DNA from: Lingula anatina
Lineage: Eukaryota > Animalia > Brachiopoda
DNA: 64,000 nt
Direction of reading: 5' to 3'
Assembly: GCA_051362555.1 (NCBI GenBank)
Contig: CM120640.1
Coordinates: 57,142,788 to 57,206,787, forward strand
The notes beneath the pieces are model-generated. The model was not told where the DNA came from and did not search any database. It was given only the letters and a program-made list of their open reading frames with translations. Numbering within the stretch: the stretch's first letter is position 1; every line of letters starts with the position of its first letter. This document shows, in pieces, positions 13,501 through 21,200 of this stretch. A program made the translations under genes and the position numbers.

Positions 13501-13887
13501 GTGCAACTAATGATTTTTTCAATGCATCTGGATTGTCAAGTTGGCATTTTACACATTCTACTAGGAGTCTGATGTCTGTTTGTGCATCTAAATATGATAA
13601 TGGCATGAACTTCGTAAATTACTTACAACATTAATTTTACAATTTTTTTCTTTGATTCGAAGCCTAAAGTTGTTTGAACAACTTTGTCAAGTGATAGCAA
13701 AAAAAGCAAATAATACAAATTCTGTCAAGAAACGTGCCATGAAAATCATAAGGCATATGATACACGTACTGTATGGTAACAACCCCTGTAAACATTTATG
13801 GAAAGGTACTGATAATGATACATGTAATTACTGGAGTATGTAGATCTATGTAACGGCAAAAAAATTACCCTTTTCCATTTGATCCAT
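397..13887 (-). CDS. TERB1: TERB1 (telomere repeat-binding bouquet formation protein 1/CCDC79) orthologue, spliced, 3'-partial
   Basis: Exons 13887-13869, 13587-13477, 13106-12978, 12667-12536, 12117-12057, 11924-11776, 11480-11358, 11097-10945, 10728-10597, 10168-10043, 9230-9104, 7226-7049, 1825-679, 441-397. All introns are GT-AG and phases are compatible (2632 nt so far). Peptides are collinear with the vertebrate TERB1 ARM region (TDIRLLVEC, FRKAGGIKF, LWTSVTSALCICVNNPQNEENQ, CIADN, EENRKLF..NG..EEQEDFNKAVKFVL), followed by a coiled coil, a disordered linker and the start of a CxGC segment. The Myb domain is expected beyond position 1. Confidence 0.9.
679..1825 (-). CDS. TERB1: TERB1 exon 13 (large disordered linker)
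   Basis: Includes ORF 671..1768; acceptor tttcag|TCA, donor T|gtatgt; repeated TPV motifs. Confidence 0.8.
1901..6304 (-). mobile_element. Helentron-associated interspersed element (HINE) with internal satellite array
   Basis: Terminal stem-loop 6274-6303; GC-rich microsatellite 6194-6262; subTIR ttgtaccaccagc (1936-1948) inverted to 6292-6304; short palindrome gaggcg/cgcctc; minus-strand 3' end CTAG followed by T-run; no TSD. Confidence 0.8.
2105..5290. repeat. ~145-146 bp satellite array (~18 monomers) with a 437-bp higher-order trimer
   Basis: AGGTCAAAGGTCAATTTCAAGGTCAC recurs about every 146 bp; near-identical ORFs at 4064/4501/4938 are 437 bp apart; interrupted twice by a ~290-bp block. 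Confidence 0.95.
7049..7226 (-). CDS. TERB1: TERB1 exon 12 (coiled coil)
   Basis: RLEIEVEKLAQNQKLLEQKLEAV... heptad pattern; weak acceptor, phase 2->0. Confidence 0.7.
7292..7415. mobile_element. Short palindromic MITE
   Basis: tatcttttctaaaatagtatggcaagatt ... aatcttgccatactattttagaaaagata inverted arms, nearly full-length foldback. Confidence 0.7.
8082..8719 (+). repeat. Interspersed repeat family B copy (unclassified, non-autonomous)
   Basis: Aligns by eye to 61908-62526 and, inverted, to 15480-15700. Confidence 0.75.
8719..8870. mobile_element. Truncated Harbinger-like MITE (family A)
   Basis: Matches the right part of 26467-26711. Confidence 0.7.
9104..9230 (-). CDS. TERB1: TERB1 exon 11 (probable)
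   Basis: Open frame QKKLNATSGKASDLFNALIKPC...IPCS; acceptor tttcag, donor gtatgt; phase 1->2 fits both neighbours. Confidence 0.65.
10043..10168 (-). CDS. TERB1: TERB1 exon 10
   Basis: ENRKLFAEENGFAVLAQHLVNEEQEDFNKAVKFVLKTCVSA; donor gtaaga. Confidence 0.9.
10548..10591. repeat. (GA)n microsatellite
   Basis: Direct reading. Confidence 0.95.
10597..10728 (-). CDS. TERB1: TERB1 exon 9
   Basis: LNAKLVGKQGGVKIFLQLLDIKPIDIETKEHIIVTLGFCVDTC, cf. IMLTLGHCTEDC. Confidence 0.85.
10945..11097 (-). CDS. TERB1: TERB1 exon 8
   Basis: HNQERVVCSDGIHSLMSCLFK...ALGSCIADN. Confidence 0.88.
11358..11480 (-). CDS. TERB1: TERB1 exon 7
   Basis: ENQRCCATIFPYIFKRLKNISDLKVIRPILSLVSLAVGNN; donor gtaagt. Confidence 0.9.
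11776..11924 (-). CDS. TERB1: TERB1 exon 6
   Basis: ...YKDLWTSVTSALCICVNNPQN, a TERB1 hallmark. Confidence 0.92.
12057..12117 (-). CDS. TERB1: TERB1 exon 5
   Basis: HGQMMVRQSGCLQGLLHLFR, cf. vertebrate GQTLVRETGCITVLSRLFR. Confidence 0.88.
12536..12667 (-). CDS. TERB1: TERB1 exon 4 (ARM)
   Basis: FSQREMSFDSTFTYLKDLVAAPYSEMKLIKSALYLIMCLVANN; donor gtgagt. Confidence 0.88.
12830..12861. repeat. (TG)n microsatellite
   Basis: Direct reading. Confidence 0.9.
12978..13106 (-). CDS. TERB1: TERB1 exon 3 (ARM)
   Basis: NGKVFFRKAGGIKFLVELLTTSKHREVKGAVLYVMACAVEKN. Confidence 0.9.
13477..13587 (-). CDS. TERB1: TERB1 exon 2
   Basis: AQTDIRLLVECVKCQLDNPDALKKSLVALATLFSIH; ag/gt boundaries. Confidence 0.88.
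13869..13887 (-). CDS. TERB1: TERB1 coding exon 1 (MDQMEK)
   Basis: ATG at 13887, donor G|gtaatt, phase 1 joins the next exon to give GAT. Confidence 0.6.
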
Positions 13888-14175
13888 TTCCGCAAACCCT
13901 GGTGTAGACATAACTCTGTGTTGAAGATGGAAACCAACTTTATCATCTCATCTTAGAAATCAACACAGGCATCACCGCACAGAACATTAGCTGTCAAACA
14001 GGGTAGATTAACATTTTGGAACAACGTCGGAACGAGTCGCCTCGTTTTGCATTAGTTTATATTTTAAGTACGGGGATCTGTCAATAATTAATTTCTTTGG
14101 CTTAAATCAAAGTCCAACCAGTGTCATTTATAAAAAGTGAATATTTTCAACACAAATAACTAATTTTGTGCTTTC

Positions 14176-14243
14176 GTTTTGGCGACGAAGCAGACGATAC
14201 AATCAACCGTTGCATTATGGGTAGATGGTTTCATTTCCTGTTG
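14176..14243 (-). promoter_or_regulatory. Probable TERB1 promoter motif cluster
   Basis: About 300 bp upstream of the ATG: ZNF143/Staf-like TACCCATAATGCA (minus, 14211-14223), Myb-type AACCGTT (14205-14211), ETS-type ACAGGAAATG (minus), E2F-like TTTTGGCG; local CpG enrichment. Confidence 0.45.
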
Positions 14244-14636
14244 AGGCAGTTGGCATTTCATTTGAGTCGGTATCCTGGATGGAAAAAACTGTATAGGCTA
14301 CTCTACTTTAATAGATCCTATGCAGCAGTTTGGGTCTAATATGACAAACAATATTTGAATGAGGCATTGAAACTGAACATTCGGTGGCCTAGAATTTGCT
14401 AAGAGGTATTACAGTAGTTTACTAGTACACACAACAATGGGTTATCATTTCTGAAAGTCTATTAAAATATTCCGATGTGTTGGATTACAATGGGGGTGCT
14501 TTTATGTGAAAGGGGATGGATTTGCCTTATTATAACAAACACCTGTGTGTTCTAAACATTGCTGTGTATTTAAAACTTTTAAATTCTTAGCTGAAAATGA
14601 CACTCAAACAGTGCTTAAATCTGGGACAGAGTCTAA

Positions 14637-14861
14637 CACCCCATTTCCATAGATTTTTAGATCGATCTATCCTGTGGGGAGTCTCACTAAATTACTGTCA
14701 GCTTGGCCGGCTTAAGCGTCTGTCCCGCCTACTAAAAGCTGTAAGGGGGTAATTAACTATGGTGCCCTCTCGGCTGACTGCAATTTAGCGTGAACCCCCA
14801 GGGAGTTAGGTCGATCTAAAACTTAATCTTTAGATCGATCTAAATCTCTGGGAAAGCACCC
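14637..14861. mobile_element. Harbinger-like MITE family A
   Basis: TAA flanks; imperfect TIRs (agattt..agatcgatcta); nearly identical, inverted, to 43265-43488. Confidence 0.8.
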
Positions 14862-14864
14862 TAA

Positions 14865-15476
14865 TACCCCATTCACACTAGCACTTTTAACTGGTCAAGG
14901 CCTGACCTCGGTCCTATTGTGGTTAACTTTTCTAATGTGAATGGATGACGCAGCCCTGACCGCGGTCGAAATAAACCCAGATCGGGAGGTGGGTATAATC
15001 GGAGTAAACTCCTGACCGTGGTCAAGACCGGATGTCTACATATGAAGCGCATGCACACAAGTGTATCGTCATTTGAGCTCCCGCCATGTTGCACAGATTC
15101 TAGTAAAAGCGCATGCTTGACAGGAAATAGGCTTGCTTAGATTCTACTGCTACTGATCGCTGTAGGTGTCAGTGTGAACGCGGTTTGGATGCGGTTTGGT
15201 TGACTGGGGTTTAATCGGAGTAAACTCCTGACCTCAGTCAAGACCGGATGTCTACATATGCAGCGCACGTGCACAAATGTATCGTCATTTGAGCTCTCGC
15301 CATGTTGCACAGATTCTAGTAAGAGCGCATGCTTGACAGGAAATAGGCTTGCTAAGATTCTACTGCTACTGATCGCTGCCGGTGTCAGTGTGAACGCGGT
15401 TTGGAAGCAGTTTGGTTGACCGGGGTTTAATCGGAGTAAACTTGACCGCGGTTAACATTCTAATGTGAATGGCCTA
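14865..15476. mobile_element. Harbinger-like MITE with 216-bp internal tandem duplication
   Basis: TIR ccattcaca.../...tgtgaatgg; TAA on both sides; taatcggagtaaact at 14996, 15212, 15428. Confidence 0.75.
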
Positions 15477-16235
15477 TAACAGACGTACCAGTCTGTTTTG
15501 CAGCTGTACATTATGGAAAACAAAGCTCTCAGAATAGCACTGACCGTCTTGTTTTTGATCATCTCAGGGATCATTCACAGCACACACACTAAAGAAATAC
15601 AAAAATTGTTCTTTGTGGCAAATTTTGATGGGTGACAAAAACGGGTTTTTGTGCATTACCATCGCTCCCGTTTTTAACTTCAGTACAAAGTATGTTCTCC
15701 TTAATCTGTAACAGCGGAGTAACTTCATCGGATATCTAACATGATAACTGTTAAATGAATCTGAGTGGGGCGTAAGTCATCCATGATTGTAAATAAACTT
15801 GGGCTTCTTTATATTTATAGATATGTCTTTTAAGATAGTATATTACCACTTCAAGTGATAAGCATTACTACTTCATGATAAAAGAATTCATTGGTTAAAA
15901 ATAGACCATGACTTTGCGATATTTCATGGGACTTTTGCATCAGAACATAAAATGCAATTGAACCAACGTGATTCATGCAGTTATGTGAATGAACTGCATG
16001 CACTCTTATATTTGTAGATTGTCCTTTTTTTTTAATTTCTGACTCTTCACAGTTTTGAGTTTGTTGTTGAAATAAATGGATGTCGCACGAGTTTTCATTG
16101 CTTACCATGTCAGTTATTTTTTTCACCTGTATACTGTTTGGTACGCGGGCTGCACAACGCATTTGCTGTTCTCTCCTGTGCCATTTTGTTGTTCACACTT
16201 GTATAATTCGGCTCATATACTCAAATACATATGGC

Positions 16236-16336
16236 TTTGGAATAGCAGACCTTTGGAACAAATGTTCCTCGAAACAAAAAGCCTTGGAACAAAAGTCCCT
16301 TGAAACAAAAACCATTAGAACAAAAGACCATGGAAA
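16236..16336. repeat. Degenerate 15-bp tandem repeats (terminal array of a DNA-element relic)
   Basis: ggaacaaa.....ctt units; shares gaatagcagacct with 37915. Confidence 0.5.
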
Positions 16337-17865
16337 TATAGATATACACCCCAATTACTGATGCATTGGTGATCAGTAGTGTTCGGTCTCATAATAACAA
16401 GATGTGACTGAATGCATTATGCTTTTCATTTATGTTTATTATCAATAGTCTACACAGATATATTTTACTCAGAAAATATCTAATAATATAGGAAATGTTT
16501 AATTTTGAAATTTTTATGCATAATAAAACATGACAATTAAATATTCATTAGTATTTTTATTTAGGCCTTTGATGAAATAATATTCTTTATACATAGCATT
16601 CTTCATGTAAAAATTTACCACAAACTTTTTCTATCAGAGGTACTGAGTGACTTAATCTTTTATAAGCTTTCTTGCTTTGTTATATACCGTACTATTATGG
16701 CTAGCAACCATAACTTGTTGCCATGTTTAATTACATTAAAGACACTATAAAATGATGGATTATGCATGTCCAAAGGCAATTGTGATGGGAATTTATTTGT
16801 TGCAAATAATAGCCTCGAAACTAACAATATCGCTATTAGCACTCGGTTGCAAATTGCGATGCTTTCAAGTTATGGGGCCCAGATTGGCTGAACTTGGAAG
16901 CAGAGGACGAGTTGCGCTGTTTATGCATTATCTATAGTCTGTTGTGTGCCACAGCAGTCCTAAAATTCAATGGGTTGAAGTTTTGCTAGTTTGAAGTATA
17001 TAAATATCTCCTTGATTGGTCTATGTTTGTTATGCTGAATTTAAGTGGAATTTGTTATCAAAAAATTATGTTATGTCGGTATTATGGAATACTGGTTAAA
17101 GATAAGAATACATTTTGAATAAATGTGCCCCTGGACGATTGTATTAAGAATCCAATTTTATAATATCAAATTAAAGTATTATTATTGACCACTAGTCTAA
17201 AATATGTTCAAAGATTACTTGTAATGTAAGCAAAGGCACTCATTAAGTGCAAGATATGCACTAGTAAAGCTACTATAAGAGATGGCATAGACTATATCGT
17301 TTTTGGTACAATACTAAAATTGATGTTATAAATAATCATTTGGGAACAGGGTGTAACCATTTTGAATGAAATTGATTGGACACAGAAAGAAAGGTATTGA
17401 AATACATTTAAATTCGATATTTTAACATTATATAATTTATTAAAATGGACAACAACTGTTCCTTTTGGCCATTCCACCATTCAAAGAAAATCCATGTTTT
17501 TTTTCCTAAAAAGTTCTTTTTTTTTTTTTATTTCTTAAGAGATTATTATGCAGATATAGCCATTTAGTAATGTCTACGTGGTCTGATGGCAAGCACAGAT
17601 TCCAGAATAATTGTGATAAGCATTTTTTGGCAGTCAATTTTTTCATATTTCTGTGAGTTGTTTACATTTTATTTTTTTGTGAAATGTGATACTCATAGGA
17701 ACAGTTGTTATCTCTTTAATCTATGTGATTTGGACACATTTTAGTCATTGGTAGAAATTATTTCTGCTGATGTGGACTGAGGAACAGTGGACATGCATAG
17801 CATGTATTTTGGTATATTACATGACAGATTAAATGTAAAAGCAGTATACAAAATTCAGAAATTAT

Positions 17866-18295
17866 TTATTCTCTATTTTTGCAATAGTTTATCCATGTTG
17901 CCACATCTTCAACTCTTTCTTTGAATCTACTTAAGAAAATGTAGTTGTCCTTTACAGTTAAAGTTGATGACAATTTCTTGAATAATGGTTCATGGTTTAT
18001 GGCATATTGTAACAGAGTTTGTTCAGGATTTGGATTTTTGAGCAAATCAAATATATTTTCAACAATTCTCCTCCTAAAAATGCAGAGTAATTTTAATGTC
18101 TGTTCATGGAATTGCTGGAATCTTTGGTCTGTTTTGGCCCCCCTGTACATTAAATCATAAGCATCAAAGAGACCACTTTCATTATCTATCAGCCAGAATT
18201 TGTTTGTCTTTGGAATTCTTCTTAAATTCCTAATGTTTTCATGCATTATACTGGGCTTGCTTTCCTTATCTGCTCCATCCTGCATACTTGCAACT
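17866..18295 (-). CDS. FJX1: four-jointed-like exon 5 (terminal)
   Basis: VASMQD...NIRNL...FWLIDNESGLFDAY...LCIFRR...NYCKNRE*. Confidence 0.9.
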
Positions 18296-21200
18296 CTGCA
18301 AATACAAATAAAATACTTTATTGCATTATATATGAGAAGTCTGGTCAGTTTACACATGCAATTGTATATATATATTAGTAGGTGCCTGGAAACTTTTTCT
18401 CAAATGTTATAGATGAACCTTTTATTGGCAGAATTCACTTTTTTTAACATGACTCATTAAAATAACCAAAATATCACCTCAAAAACTGTTCTATTACTCA
18501 GTATGTCTCATGTTCTTCTGTCCAATCTATTGTTCTATATGTACTCATACATGTAGGTAAATTTAATGTCAGGGTTGACATGAAATGTAACTGTGAGCAA
18601 TAATGAAATGTGAGCATTTGACAAAGGAACATATGAGACTTTATAATGACATCTGAGTTTTCAAACTGATGAACCTTTCAGCGCAAATTGTGTTACTTGA
18701 AAAGAGTTAATGTATTTTTTCTTATTACAAGTCATTTTTAAATTTATATACCTGTAATAGTTCCCTGTGATATAATCAAATATTGTCATTGACATTTGAG
18801 TTTTCAAACTGATGAACCTTTCGATGCTAATTGTGTTACTTGAAAAGACTTAATGTCTTTTTTCTTAATACAAGTTATTTTAAATTTATATACCTGTCAT
18901 AGTTCCCTGTGATATAATCAAATATTATCATTTCTCCCCACTGCAGGAGGTGTATTAGACCACTGGTAGAAAGAGTCTGCAGAAAAGGACTGTTTCTATC
19001 TACCACTCTATGGCTAGTAAAGGCATTGAGCAGACAATATGGCATCTTAACACGGGATCTGAAATGGCAAAGTGGCAGGTTTCATGAATTGGTACGAAAC
19101 TTGATGTGCACCATTTTTTAAAATGATCTACAAGAGAAGGCACATGCAAAAAGTTTTTGTTCATTAAGATTTTGTGAACTCATGTTAAAACTTTCTATTC
19201 TTTTCTTTGTGCATTGTTAATTGTGTGGCTAGTTCAAGGAATTAAATGTAAATTTTTAAAAGAATATATGTAGTGTTAAGACATGACAATTTAAACTTAG
19301 TTCTGCTGGGGCCCTAAGATAAATCCCCTGCAGATTTATTTTGGTCACACGATGAATGTCAGTCACACGATGAATGTCAGAGATGTTTTTTTTAACATAG
19401 CGTCATGTCTGGATATTGTAGAAGTTGCTAACAAAGGGGTCTTTTTTGTCAAGGACACCACATCTCTGCTACCTTTCTCCATTCAGGCTATCAATCCATT
19501 GGATAAAAGCTACTATCTTCCCTTCCTTCCAGTGGGCCTGCTGTATCTGTTTACGTTGCTGCTGCCACTGAGAGACTGTACTGTCCACTTCTGACAAAAC
19601 AACTATTGGCACATTATCCAGACCAAGAAGGCCTGCAAGGTAATATGACAGCACCTCTCCTGAAATAGTTCTATTTCGTATAAAAATATCGGTCAGTCTT
19701 AAATGAGATATGCTTGCGCATGCGTACTCAGTTAGCTTGTGACATGCGGCTGGGTAGTCAGCCTGAAAATAGATGCGATCTATTTCTATCAGAATTATAA
19801 TCTAAAACAAACGTAGTTTGTTTGCTTAAGTTGGAAACATTTTTGCAACGGAGTTGCAATCTTTTATGCGGCATATATATTGATCTGTAACGTAGTTACA
19901 CATTGTAGGCTACGAATCATTTGTGTGCCAAACTTAATTTCAATATGGCGGCCGAAAGCACGTGTAGTGCTGTTTTACCGGGCCTTTCAAAACCCGCAAT
20001 AGATACATGTAAGAATAGCGAGGACGTTAAAGCAAAGAAAGTAAGAACTAGAACAGGAAAGGGGAAACTAGACGACAAAGCAAAATCTAGTCATAACAGT
20101 GATGAATATTTAACTATAATGAAAAATATACAAGAAACTGTGCAGAGACAGGAAACGAGCATTAACAGCGTCGTGGGACGCATAGATACTTTAGAGAAAC
20201 AGTACCTGTATCACGATGAATATTGTGAGGAGAATTATGACTTTGATGAACAGTATGATGAAAGATTGGAGGATGAAACATGCCCGGAGGCAGGTACTAG
20301 TAGCACAAACAGATTTGATGATATGACGAAGAGATATAAATTAATAGAGTATACAGACGTGGAAGTTGACAGTGTGTTGGCGAGTAGTGTCAATGATTTG
20401 TTCACCAATGGGATAGTAGATCATTCAAAGTATACAGAACTTACCAAAGATGAAAATAACTCACGGCCAAAAAACTGTGAAAGTTTGGTGATAGTCAAAA
20501 CCAATAAAATGGTATGGAACATTATTCCTCAATATGCCAAAACAAATGATAAGAAGTTACAGGATGTTCAAATGTCAGTTGTAAAAGCAGCTACGTTGAT
20601 GACTAAAGGAATAGACAAACTGGCTAAGTTAGAAACAGGAAATGACACGAGTGAAGGGCTTGGAAAACTCATTGATATGTTCAATGACAGTATTGCTTTG
20701 CTTGGTCATGCCAATACACAGATTAACTGTTTTAGAAAGGATTTGTTAAAACCAAACCTCAAGCCAGAGTACAAACCTTTGTGCAATCATAGCATTCCGT
20801 GCACAACTTTTCTCTTTGGAGATGATATTACCAAATCTGCAAGGGAAGTGGAAGATTCTGCGAAAATGAGTTATAAAATGATGCAGAGTAGAATGGGCTT
20901 GGATTATAGAAACCGCCCATACCAAAGGGGCCCACGATTCAGGGGACGAATGAGAGGAAGGTACAATCGTGGCCGAGGAAGTTCTTCCCAGAGGGGTGCA
21001 CATGCAGATTCAAAAAACTTCTCATGGCAAAGCAGCCAGTGGGATCAGAACAGATACTAGAGGTGAGACATAAATTTCAAGCTGGTAGATTGCATTTGTT
21101 TGTAGATGAATGGAGAAAATTGACCAGTGACCCATATATCTTGGATATAGTACAAAATTGTCATATAAATGTTGATACCAACATTGGATTTCAAAACTTA

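Larger units (their letters stand above)
14400..15700 (-). repeat. Family B copy, inverted, split by two nested MITEs
   Basis: 14400-14636 and 15480-15700 are reverse-complement homologues of adjacent parts of ~62310-62750. Confidence 0.7.
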
